Source: Paraburkholderia sp.
Lineage (GTDB): Bacteria > Pseudomonadota > Gammaproteobacteria > Burkholderiales > Burkholderiaceae
DNA: 64,000 nt
Reading direction: 5' to 3'
Assembly: GCF_024281035.1 (NCBI RefSeq)
Contig: NZ_JAMXLH010000032.1
Span: forward strand, 30,764 to 94,763
Shown here: positions 39,528 to 48,337 of the stretch, piece by piece
Layout of the letters: each line of letters opens with the position of its first letter
Numbering within the stretch: position 1 is the stretch's first letter
The notes under the pieces: model-generated
Told to the model about the DNA's origin: nothing
The model's database searches: none
The model's input: only the letters and a program-made list of their open reading frames with translations
Made by a program: the position numbers and the translations under genes

Positions 39528-40298
39528 ATGTGGCGCGTTATTGCGCGAGAAAACACCGTGGATGACAGCAAATCCGTAAAGTCAGCTACCCGAGTATTCG
39601 ATATTCTCGAACTATTCGAACAGGAGCGTCGGCCTTTGCGTGTAGGCGAGATTGCCGAGCGGCTGGGAATTCCACAGTCCAGTGCTTCCGTGTTACTCAA
39701 GACGATGGCATTCAGGGGATACGCGGAGTATGACGCACAGCGCCATACATACTGCCCGTCAATACGTGTCGCGTTTCTATGCGACTGGGCGGCCCGCAAA
39801 GAAAGTGTGCACACCTCCGTTCATGAAGTTCTCAGAAAACTCGCACGAGAAACTGGCGAAACCGTACTGCTTGCACGCCAAAGCGGTATACGCCTGCAAT
39901 ATCTTTCCGTACTCGATGCGCCCTCGACATCGCGAATTTCTGCCGCATCCGGATTAATGCGCCCAATGCACATGACGGCCATTGGGATCATGCTGCTTAG
40001 CCGTATGCAAGACGATCAGATTATGAGGCTATTGCGACGTTACAATGCCGAATGTGAATCGCACGAGCCGCCAGCCAAAATTGATCAAGTTTTGGCCGCT
40101 ACTGAGCGCGCACGTAACCAGGGCTATTACGAATCCGCAAGTCTTGCGACGCCCGGTTCGGGAGTTATCGCAGCAGTTATGGTGACGCCAATTCGGGATA
40201 AACTGCTTGGCATTGGAATTGGTGGCCCTGTTGCGCGCTTACATGAACACCGTGAAAGACTTGTCGCTGCTGTAACCGATACGGCGCAAGAATTTTAA
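39528..40298 (+). CDS. IclR-family transcriptional regulator
   Basis: SVKSATRVFDILELF...EIAERLGIPQSSAS.LLKT, ETGETV.L, MHMTAIG and GIGIGGP. Confidence 0.92.
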   Translation: MWRVIARENTVDDSKSVKSATRVFDILELFEQERRPLRVGEIAERLGIPQSSASVLLKTMAFRGYAEYDAQRHTYCPSIRVAFLCDWAARKESVHTSVHEVLRKLARETGETVLLARQSGIRLQYLSVLDAPSTSRISAASGLMRPMHMTAIGIMLLSRMQDDQIMRLLRRYNAECESHEPPAKIDQVLAATERARNQGYYESASLATPGSGVIAAVMVTPIRDKLLGIGIGGPVARLHEHRERLVAAVTDTAQEF

Positions 40299-40349
40299 AA
40301 AGCCCGCATTTGAACTTCACCCAAAAAGCCGGACACCGATCCTGATTTC

Positions 40350-40575
40350 CGGCGAGCCGTTCACGCATGGCCTTGACGCTGCCGCCCGACGAAAACGCGG
40401 TGCCGGCGCCGGTCTGGATCACTCAGCGGACCGAGCGATCCAGGTTGATGCGCTCCGCGGATGAGATGAGTGCAGGCTGTATGCCGGGGTCCGGGATTGC
40501 ATTGCGCATTTCCGGCCTGTTGATGGTCAGCGTGACTACCCCATCTTGCTGCTCATAGAGCAGGATATCTTCCAT
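40350..40575 (-). pseudogene. Enoyl-CoA hydratase/isomerase N-terminal remnant with in-frame stop
   Basis: ATG at 40575 with GGGAG RBS: MEDILLYEQQDGVVTLTINRPEMRNAI...DRSVR*(TGA 40425-23)VIQTGAGTAFSSGGSVKAM. Similarity is then lost. Confidence 0.8.
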
Positions 40576-40685
40576 ATCGTCTCCCGATTTATTCGGCTAC
40601 TGTTGGTCTGCCTTTAGATGACAGCCGTGGTCCGAGCGTAGACCGGATTGCAGGGAAATGGAACTCCTGCATACACATATGAATA

Positions 40686-40943
40686 TTGTTGCTCCAGCAA
40701 CCAAAATGCGAGACCGGAGCCAGTATCATCAAAAGGGCCAAGCGCGTGTTCGGAGTGCTCGAATACTTCCGGAATGTGCGACGGCCTATACTCGCGATGC
40801 CTTTACGTGTACCTGATATCTATGGATGTATCGGACCCGCCATTGGTGGGCCTGGTTTGTGTGTAGAGGCAAAAGTATCGGCCTTGGCCACAATCATGAA
40901 CCGGTACGACAAGGCAGATGGCTATGAACGTTCGCCCGTGTAG
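40686..40943 (+). pseudogene. Internally deleted IclR-family gene
   Basis: An IclR N-terminus (SIIKRAKRVFGVLEYFRNVRRP) is joined directly to IclR C-terminal sequence (ILAMPL...AIGGPG...). Confidence 0.6.
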
Positions 40944-41045
40944 GTGAGTTCTACATACATAGAATTTTATTTGGCTGTGCCGTGTTCTCGCTCCAATACT
41001 GCGTGTACGCCCATGAAAATGGGCGACTACAACATGGAGACATTA

Positions 41046-42362
41046 ATGAGTACGCAGGCGCAGCCAGAAATGGTCGAGGTTCTGGGTATACCGGCCACGA
41101 CCGCAACAGACCGCACATCCAGGTCGATCAGGGCAGCAACTATCGGCAGCATTATCGAGACCTACGACTGGATGATTTATACAACCTTCGCAGTATATTT
41201 TGCGAAGCAGTTTTTCCCATCCGAGAATTCAACCGCTTCGATTCTCGCGGCGTTCGCAGTCTTTGCCATCGGATTTTTCGCGCGGCCCATTGGTGGATGG
41301 CTGCTGGGGGCGTTTGCGGATCGGGCTGGGCGTCGGCGAGGCATGATGATCGGTGTTTGGGCAATGTCGGCCTCATCGTTCATCATTGCGATTCTGCCCA
41401 CCTACGCGTCTATCGGCATCGCCGCTCCAATCCTGATGACTTTGGCGCGCGTGCTCCAGGGCCTGTCAGTGGGCGGCGAATATGCGACCGCAACTCTGTT
41501 TCTTGCGGAATCGGCACCGACCCATAAACGCGGTTATTACTCCAGTTTCCAGTTTTTAAGTGTGGCTGGCGGCATTCTTCTGGCTTCTGGTTTAGCTCTC
41601 GTTCTTACACACGTACTGACGAAAGAAGAGATCGAAGCCTGGGGCTGGCGTATCCCATTCGTGCTCGGAGGTTTCAGTGCACTGATTGGCGTCTACATGC
41701 GTAGTCGTATGGAAGAAACAGCGGCATTTGAAACCGCCCGCAGGGAAGGACGGGTACAGAAGCGCTCACCCATCTGGTGTTGGGTGAATTACCCGCGAGC
41801 CACATTTCGTCTTATTGGGGTGACTATTCTCGGCGCGTTCTCCTTTTACATTTTCGTCAGCTACATCCCGGTCTACGCGATTCATCAGAAGCATGCGGAT
41901 CCGGGCACTACGTTCGCTGCCGGGACTGTCTGCATGGTGATTTTCATGATCATGCAGCCTCTGTTTGGCGCACTATCGGATCGAATTGGTCGTTGTCCTC
42001 AACTGATCGTGTTCTCACTCGGTTATCTGATTTTTCTGTATCCGGTTGTGAACTCCATTCACGCCAGCTTCATGTCGATTCTGTCGGTCGAATTGTTCGG
42101 CATGCTGCTCTATGGTCTCTATACCGCAGTTGCCCCAGCAGTTATGGTTGAACTCTTCCCCACGGAAGTGCGCGGCGTCGGCATTGGCTCAACCTATAAC
42201 CTGATCGTGGCATTGCTGGGTGGAACGACGCCCTATCTAATGACGATAGCGAATCAGTCTAACAATACCCGCTGGTTTATTGCCTACGTGTGTTTGGGTG
42301 CCTTCCTTAGCCTGATTACGTATATCAGGATGCCCGAAACCCGGGGTATCGACCTGCACTAA
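41046..42362 (+). CDS. Second MHS-family MFS transporter
   Basis: Contains IETYDWMIY, FFARPIGG, DRAGRR, QGLSVGGE and WRIPF. The ATG at 41046 has a GGAGA RBS. Confidence 0.92.
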   Translation: MSTQAQPEMVEVLGIPATTATDRTSRSIRAATIGSIIETYDWMIYTTFAVYFAKQFFPSENSTASILAAFAVFAIGFFARPIGGWLLGAFADRAGRRRGMMIGVWAMSASSFIIAILPTYASIGIAAPILMTLARVLQGLSVGGEYATATLFLAESAPTHKRGYYSSFQFLSVAGGILLASGLALVLTHVLTKEEIEAWGWRIPFVLGGFSALIGVYMRSRMEETAAFETARREGRVQKRSPIWCWVNYPRATFRLIGVTILGAFSFYIFVSYIPVYAIHQKHADPGTTFAAGTVCMVIFMIMQPLFGALSDRIGRCPQLIVFSLGYLIFLYPVVNSIHASFMSILSVELFGMLLYGLYTAVAPAVMVELFPTEVRGVGIGSTYNLIVALLGGTTPYLMTIANQSNNTRWFIAYVCLGAFLSLITYIRMPETRGIDLH

Positions 42363-42436
42363 AACCAGTTGATCCGGGAAGGCCATTCGAAATCGGCTTT
42401 TTCGGTTTGGTTAACGGCTTGACTACGGAGGAGGAA

Positions 42437-43318
42437 ATGACAGTAATGGACGAGCAGCTTGTTGAGACCCCAGCCTGGTTTCTTGACGCGATCAGGGCGC
42501 CGAAGGTCTCGCGTTATGTAAACGTCGAGGGTGCGGTCATTCACTATCAGGCGTGGAATGAAGGGGATTGGGATAAACCTGCTTTGCTGTTCGTGCACGG
42601 GTTCTGTGCGCACGCAAAGTGGTGGGACTTTATCGCTCCCGCGTTCTTGAACACACATCGCGTGTATGCCATGGACCTGTCAGGCATGGGTGATTCTGAG
42701 AGCCGCATCCACTACGTCCATGAAGTCTGGAGCAAAGACATCGTGGAAGTTGCTCGAGCGGTCGGCAACGGCCAGAAGGTGGCAGTCGCCGGTCATAGTT
42801 TTGGTGGTTCACGTTCTACTGAAGCTGTTGCCCAACATCCCGAATTGTTCTCCCAACTCGTGATCCTTGATTCGTACTTCTACCTGGCAGAAGGCGAGGA
42901 ATCACGTCGAAAACGGAACGTTCCTCCTAAAGGCGGTGAACGGATTTACGATACGTTCGAAATCGCATATTCACGATTTCGTTTCACTCCAGATCAATCC
43001 ACGCTTCCCTTTATCTACGAATACATTGGGCGCAACTCTATCCGTCAAAGGGGCGATCAGTGGGGATGGAAATTCGATAATGAAATCCTGGGTTTCACCC
43101 ATCATGATCTCGACCACTCGACTTCCCTAAAGTCAGTGCAGGTACCCGTATCGCTAATCCACGCCGAGCATTCGACCGTCGCCTCCCACTCCCTCGTCCA
43201 GCGCATTGCGGATACGGTGCCCCAATGTAAGGCCAAGATTATGATCTCGGGTGCTCAGCATCACATCATGTGTGATAAGCCACTCGAATTGATCGAGGCT
43301 CTCAAATCGGTGCTGTGA
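42437..43318 (+). CDS. Alpha/beta hydrolase (esterase-like)
   Basis: Contains FVHGFCAH, DLSGMGDS, GHSFGG and AQHHIM. GGAGGAGG RBS. Confidence 0.9.
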   Translation: MTVMDEQLVETPAWFLDAIRAPKVSRYVNVEGAVIHYQAWNEGDWDKPALLFVHGFCAHAKWWDFIAPAFLNTHRVYAMDLSGMGDSESRIHYVHEVWSKDIVEVARAVGNGQKVAVAGHSFGGSRSTEAVAQHPELFSQLVILDSYFYLAEGEESRRKRNVPPKGGERIYDTFEIAYSRFRFTPDQSTLPFIYEYIGRNSIRQRGDQWGWKFDNEILGFTHHDLDHSTSLKSVQVPVSLIHAEHSTVASHSLVQRIADTVPQCKAKIMISGAQHHIMCDKPLELIEALKSVL

Positions 43319-43329
43319 CAGTGCGTCGA

Positions 43330-43520
43330 TAGCATGGCATCCAGAATGAGCGGGTACAGTTCTCTTACGATATAGCGCTTCGGGCAGCGGTGAATTTCCT
43401 TGTTCGACATGCCTTCCCTGGTTCGTCGCTCGACGTACGCCCGGGTTCCCGGATCACTGCGCATTTGCACCATCGCAATGGTTCACAGGGTTTTGTTTGT
43501 CGCGGTCGCCTCCACGGTTC
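43330..43520 (-). mobile_element. IS110-family transposase C-terminal remnant
   Basis: GGDR, then a frameshift into ...NKTL*TIAMVQMRSDPGTRAYVERRTREGMSNKEIHRCPKRYIVRELYPLIL. This matches IS110 C-termini of the form ANxALWTIAMVRMRxDPRTRxYVxRRxxEG.SxKEIxRCLKRY; Trp has become TGA. Confidence 0.78.
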
Positions 43521-44147
43521 AGGCGATGTCGGACTGTTTTGCCGGAGGCTGATTCAGCTCGAACTGAATTGGAGCTTCGCTCTTACTCGTCTGCTTGACT
43601 GTGCAGTGTCCGATTCGGCAGGCAGCTGTCGAACTCAACTCATCTCCACTCGACTGTGGGCAAGTCGGTCAGGCTGCATCGTCTCCGACCTGCCGGCAAT
43701 CAGCGTCGCCTCGCGCGGGTGGGTGAAAATATTTATGAATCGACGAATTGCGCCAGCTTTCGTTGGGCCAGATATTGTTTGCGAGCGGTGATTCCCGGGC
43801 CAGGTTTGTTTGCAACGCATTTGACTAAGTGATTGATTCTTCTGAGGTGGTGTTTGCGCTCGGCGTGCGGCGGTCATTCAGATGGGCGTTGGTAATTTGT
43901 TCCTTGGCGCGAGATGGGGGAGCGGCGAAGCAAAAATTTGCGCGCAATTCCCTGTGGGATAAGGGGTTGGCCGTAGCTGTCGATTTTTCACGACAGTTTT
44001 GATTGCAAGGAACTGGCTAGGACAACATCGTTTGCAACAGGACAGGAATCGTTTGTCACCCACCACCACCACCAGTCCGCCGCTCTCCGCAACACTTCAC
44101 AACACAAGTGCTAACATTTGTTGTCGCCACCTCCCAATGACGCCCGC

Positions 44148-45008
44148 ATGCCAGACAGCTTCGACCAGCTTGCCGCGCTCATCCGCGCGCGCTTTGCCGA
44201 ACTGAGTCCGCAGTTCCAGACAGGTGCCGCGTTTCTGCTCGATCATCCAGACGAGGTGGCGGTGTCGTCGATGCGCAAGGTCGCCGAGCGTGCCCGCGTG
44301 CAGCCCGCGTCGCTCGTGCGGCTCTCGCAGCAACTCGGTTTCCCCGGCTGGAACGAGTTGCGCGCGCTCTTCGTCGCGCGCGTGCGCACACGGCCCGAGC
44401 CGCTCGCGAGCCGGGCCCGCTCGCTCGTGGCGGGCAGCGCGAAGGACGCGCTCGCGCACGATCTGCTCGTCGCGCAGCAGCACAACCTCGACGCCACCGC
44501 GGCGCACAACACGCGCACGATGACCGAGGCCGCGCGGCTGTTGCGCAAGGCAAAGCACGTCAACGTAGCGGGTTTCCGTTCGTGTTATGCGGTCGCGTTC
44601 GGGCTCGTTTATGGCTACCGGCTCTTTCGTCCTTCGGTGTCGCTGCTCGCGGGCGAGGCCGGGACACTCGAGATGCAGCTTCTTGGCATCGAGCGCGATA
44701 GCGCGACGATCGTGGTCAGCTTCGCGCCTTATTCCGTCGAGGCCGTGCGCGTGGCCGAAGCCGCGCTGGAGAAGGGCAGCCGCCTGATCGCAATTACGGA
44801 CAGCGCGGTGTCGCCGATTGCACTCAACGCCGACAAGGTCCTCATCTTCACGCACGAAAGCCCGTCTTTCTTCCCGTCGCTCGTGGCGGCGAGTGCGCTG
44901 GCTGAATCGCTCGTTGCGCACCTGCTTGCGCTGGAGGGCACGGGCGGCGTCGCACAGCTCGAACAGACCGAGCGATTGCTCAACGCCCGAGGCGTGTACG
45001 TACCCTGA
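44148..45008 (+). CDS. MurR/RpiR-family transcriptional regulator (HTH + SIS)
   Basis: LSPQFQ..A.FLLDHP..VA..SMR.VAE...V.PASLVRL.Q.LGF.GW; SIS domain with SFAPYS and ITDS..SP. Confidence 0.92.
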   Translation: MPDSFDQLAALIRARFAELSPQFQTGAAFLLDHPDEVAVSSMRKVAERARVQPASLVRLSQQLGFPGWNELRALFVARVRTRPEPLASRARSLVAGSAKDALAHDLLVAQQHNLDATAAHNTRTMTEAARLLRKAKHVNVAGFRSCYAVAFGLVYGYRLFRPSVSLLAGEAGTLEMQLLGIERDSATIVVSFAPYSVEAVRVAEAALEKGSRLIAITDSAVSPIALNADKVLIFTHESPSFFPSLVAASALAESLVAHLLALEGTGGVAQLEQTERLLNARGVYVP

Positions 45009-45158
45009 GCGTACGACGGGCTGTTTTCCGATAGTCCACGCGCGTTTTCCCGTTTTCCAATCCGCAATTTCCGTTTTTTCGCGCTGGCTGTTCCGTTGGA
45101 CGGGACGGCCGGCGCCGGCGCACCCTCCTTAAATCCATTTGTTGTTTTGTATCTGATG

Positions 45159-45187
45159 TTGACAACATATGTTGAGTGACGTATAAA
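45159..45187 (+). promoter_or_regulatory. Near-consensus sigma-70 promoter with overlapping palindromic operator
   Basis: TTGACA (45159-64), 17-bp spacer, TATAAA (45182-87). The palindrome CAACATATGTTG lies at 45163-45174. Confidence 0.85.
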
Positions 45188-45273
45188 TTTTCCGCGTGGA
45201 CCAGGGCGGTTTCGCCGCGAGACGTTTCCCATTGGAAAGTCCCGGCGCGGCCCCGAACGAAGCGAGAATCCCC

Positions 45274-46320
45274 ATGCAGGAACTGCCGTCTTTCCGGATC
45301 ACCGGCGCGCCGGAAGCGATTGGGTGCCGGCTCGGCGTCATCGCGAAACCCATCTTCGACGCCTATACGGCGCAAAGCGCCGCCTGGCGGGCCGTGAGCC
45401 GTTGGCGCGGCAGCACGTTCGTGCGGCAACTGCGCGATGCGGCCGAACACTATTTCCCGGCCTATGTCGCCGAACTCGACGCGATGGCTGGCGCGCTCGG
45501 CTGGCCCGTGGAAGACCTGTTCCTCTGGAACTGCCGCGGCGAACTGGTTCATCGCGTGCCGGACGGCTGCACGACGCTTGCGGCGCCCACGCCGGAGGGT
45601 GGTGTGATCGCGCACAACGAGGACGGCGATCCATATCTGCGTGGCGGCTGCTTCGTGGTCGAGGTGGCGCCCGAGGGCAAGCCGGGATTCACGAGCTTCT
45701 GCTATCCGGGCTCGCTGCCGGGGCACACATTCGCCGCGACGCACGCCGGGTTTGCCCAGACGATCAACAACGTTCGGATCCGCGAGCCGCACCCCGGCGT
45801 GCCGCGCATGATCCTTGCGCGCGCCGTGCTGGACGCGGCTTCGCTCGACGACGCACTGGCGCTATTGCGCGACACTCCGCGCGCGAGCGGATTCCATCAC
45901 ACGATCGGTGCTACGGATGCCTCGCACGGTGTGCGCCTGTATAGCGTCGAAGCCACCGCCGCGCGTTGCTCGATCCAGCGGATCAGCGCACCATCGGGCC
46001 ACGCGAACCACTTGATCCACGCCGGGTGCGAGTGCGAGGCGCAGATCGTCACCGATTCGTCGCGGGATCGCCAGGCGCGTCTTGCTCGATTGCTGCCCAT
46101 GCCTGGCGCGCAACCTGACGGTGCCGCGTTTGTGGACGTCCTGCACGACCGCGGCGGTGACGGTCTGCCGATCTTCCGCGACGATCCGCACGATCCCGAC
46201 GATGAGAACACGCTGGCCACGGCCTGTCTGCGCATTGCGGCAGACGGCGTGAGTTTCGATGTATGGCAGGGCGGAGAACGCGTGCTCGAACGCTTCATCG
46301 CCGCCGGTTCGCGCCGCTGA
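45274..46320 (+). CDS. C45-family Ntn-hydrolase (acyl-CoA:6-APA acyltransferase-like peptidase)
   Basis: Autocleavage site DG|CTT, AHNEDG, LPGH.F..T.AGFAQTINN and GHANH. Confidence 0.85.
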   Translation: MQELPSFRITGAPEAIGCRLGVIAKPIFDAYTAQSAAWRAVSRWRGSTFVRQLRDAAEHYFPAYVAELDAMAGALGWPVEDLFLWNCRGELVHRVPDGCTTLAAPTPEGGVIAHNEDGDPYLRGGCFVVEVAPEGKPGFTSFCYPGSLPGHTFAATHAGFAQTINNVRIREPHPGVPRMILARAVLDAASLDDALALLRDTPRASGFHHTIGATDASHGVRLYSVEATAARCSIQRISAPSGHANHLIHAGCECEAQIVTDSSRDRQARLARLLPMPGAQPDGAAFVDVLHDRGGDGLPIFRDDPHDPDDENTLATACLRIAADGVSFDVWQGGERVLERFIAAGSRR

Positions 46321-46363
46321 ACGACAGCGCGCGTCACGCTCCATTTCGCAAAGAGGGAACCTC

Positions 46364-47707
46364 ATGTCCAAAGTCTTTCATCGCATGCCCAGGCAGACGC
46401 TACCGGTCGCGGTGGCCGGCGACGGCATCGAAATCATCGATTCGACGGGCAAGCGCTATATCGATGCCAGCGGCGGCGCGGCCGTGTCGTGCCTCGGGCA
46501 CAGCAACGCGCGCGTGATCGAGGCGATCAAGCGCCAGGCGCAGCAATTGCCCTACGCGCACACGTCGTTCTTTACCACCGAGGCTTCGGAGCAGCTCGCC
46601 GATCACCTCATCGCCGCCGCACCGGAAGGGCTCGATCACGTCTATTTCGTGTCGGGCGGCTCGGAAGCGATCGAAGCCGCACTCAAGCTCGCGCGGCAGT
46701 ATTTCGTCGAAAAGGGCGAACGCGCGCGCCGCCACTTCATCGCGCGGCGCCAGAGCTATCACGGCAACACGCTGGGCGCACTGGCGATCGGCGGCAATGC
46801 GTGGCGGCGCGAGCCGTTCCTGCCGATCCTGATCGAGTCGCACCACGTGAGCCCGTGCTACGCGTATCGCGAACGCCGCGAGGGCGAGACCGACGAAGCC
46901 TACGCGCAGCGTCTTGCCGACGAACTCGAACAGAAGATCCTCGAACTCGGACCGGAGACGGTCGCGGCGTTCATCGCGGAGACGGTTGTGGGCGCAACGG
47001 CGGGCGCCGTGCCGCCGGTGCGCGAGTATTTCCGCAAGATCCGCGCGGTGTGCGACCGCTACGGCGTGCTGCTGATTCTCGACGAGATCATGTCGGGCAT
47101 GGGCCGCACCGGTTACCTGTACGCCTGCGACGAGGACGGCGTGGCGCCCGATCTGCTGACTATCGCGAAGGGCCTCGGCGCGGGTTATCAGCCGATCGGC
47201 GCGACGCTCGTCAGCAAGCGCATCTATGACACGATCGTCGGCGGCAGCGGCTATTTCCAGCATGGCCACACGTACATCGGGCACGCCACCGCGTGTGCGG
47301 CGGCGCTCGAAGTGCAGCGCGTGATTGCCGAAGAGAAACTGCTCGATAACGTGCTCGCGCGCGGCGAGCAATTGCGCGCGCGCCTGCGCGAGCGCTATGC
47401 GGCGCATCCGTATATCGGTGATGTGCGCGGACGCGGGCTTTTCGTCGGCGTCGAGCTGGTCAAGGACCGCGAAACGCGCGCAACGTTCGATCCCGCATTG
47501 AAACTGCACGCGGCGATCAAGCGCGAAGCGTTCGCGCGCGGTCTGATGGTGTATCCGATGGGCGGCACCGTCGACGGCAAGCACGGCGATCATGTACTGC
47601 TCGCGCCGCCGTTTATCTGCACGGCGCAGGATATCGATACGATCGTGGAACGCCTCGCCGACGCCGTCGAAGGCGCGCTCGTCGCGACCGGCGTGGGCGT
47701 GGCCTGA
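46364..47707 (+). CDS. Class III PLP-dependent aminotransferase
   Basis: Contains YIDASGGAAVSCLGH, SGGSEA, SYHGNT, DEIMSGMGRTG, AKGLGAGY and HGHTY. Confidence 0.95.
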   Translation: MSKVFHRMPRQTLPVAVAGDGIEIIDSTGKRYIDASGGAAVSCLGHSNARVIEAIKRQAQQLPYAHTSFFTTEASEQLADHLIAAAPEGLDHVYFVSGGSEAIEAALKLARQYFVEKGERARRHFIARRQSYHGNTLGALAIGGNAWRREPFLPILIESHHVSPCYAYRERREGETDEAYAQRLADELEQKILELGPETVAAFIAETVVGATAGAVPPVREYFRKIRAVCDRYGVLLILDEIMSGMGRTGYLYACDEDGVAPDLLTIAKGLGAGYQPIGATLVSKRIYDTIVGGSGYFQHGHTYIGHATACAAALEVQRVIAEEKLLDNVLARGEQLRARLRERYAAHPYIGDVRGRGLFVGVELVKDRETRATFDPALKLHAAIKREAFARGLMVYPMGGTVDGKHGDHVLLAPPFICTAQDIDTIVERLADAVEGALVATGVGVA

Positions 47708-47734
47708 AGCGCACCGCTATCACGGAGTCAACCG

Positions 47735-48337
47735 ATGACGCAGTCGAACAAGCAATCGACCAGGCAATTGACCATGCAATCGAACCCACCACGGCTGCCC
47801 GCGTTCGACGCGGCGCACGCGACGCCCGAGCAGAAAGCCGTGCTCGACGAAATCCTCGCCGGTCCGCGCGGCAATCTGAACGGACCGTTCCTCGGCTGGA
47901 TTCACAGCCCGGAACTGGCTCAGCATGCGCAGCGCCTCGGCGCGTTTTGCCGCTACCGCACGGGCTTGCCGCTGCGGCTCTCCGAGCTCGCGATTCTTGT
48001 GACGGCGGCACGCTGGCAGGCGCAGGCCGAGTGGTACATCCACTATCCGATTGCATTGCAGGCGGGCGTGCCCGAAGCGCTTGCGCAGCAGATCCGCACG
48101 GGCGCCGAACCGCACTTCGACGATCCTGACGATGCGCTGATCCATGCTTTTGTCACCGAGCTGTACGACACAAAGCGGGTATCCGGCGAAACATACGCGC
48201 GCGCGATGGCGCGCTTCGGCCGTGAGGTGACGGTCAACCTGGTCGGTCTGCTCGGTTATTACGCGTTTGTCGCGATGACGCTGAACGTGTTCGAGATGCG
48301 CGCCGAGGGGCAGAACACGCTGCCGTTCACCGAATAA
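47735..48337 (+). CDS. Carboxymuconolactone decarboxylase/AhpD-like family protein
   Basis: GPRG.L.GPF..W.HSP.LA, ELAILVTAARW.AQ.EW..H and LVGLLGYY. Confidence 0.85.
   Translation: MTQSNKQSTRQLTMQSNPPRLPAFDAAHATPEQKAVLDEILAGPRGNLNGPFLGWIHSPELAQHAQRLGAFCRYRTGLPLRLSELAILVTAARWQAQAEWYIHYPIALQAGVPEALAQQIRTGAEPHFDDPDDALIHAFVTELYDTKRVSGETYARAMARFGREVTVNLVGLLGYYAFVAMTLNVFEMRAEGQNTLPFTE

Larger units (their letters stand above)
29400..44000. other. Probable horizontally acquired catabolic island (lower GC, pseudogenes, IS remnant)
   Basis: Visibly more A/T-ending codons than in the flanking genes, four gene ruins, and an SDR broken at the left edge. Boundaries are approximate and GC was not computed. 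Confidence 0.72.

Noticed and set aside
43635-43730. Tyrosine-recombinase C-terminal remnant (REATLIAGRSETMQPDRLAH)
   Set aside because: Only a vague resemblance; the catalytic His and Tyr are absent, and it cannot be supported without a search.
29400-44000. Integrative element or prophage
   Set aside because: No integrase, tRNA target, terminal direct repeats, or conjugation or phage genes were seen. It is called only a probable acquired island.
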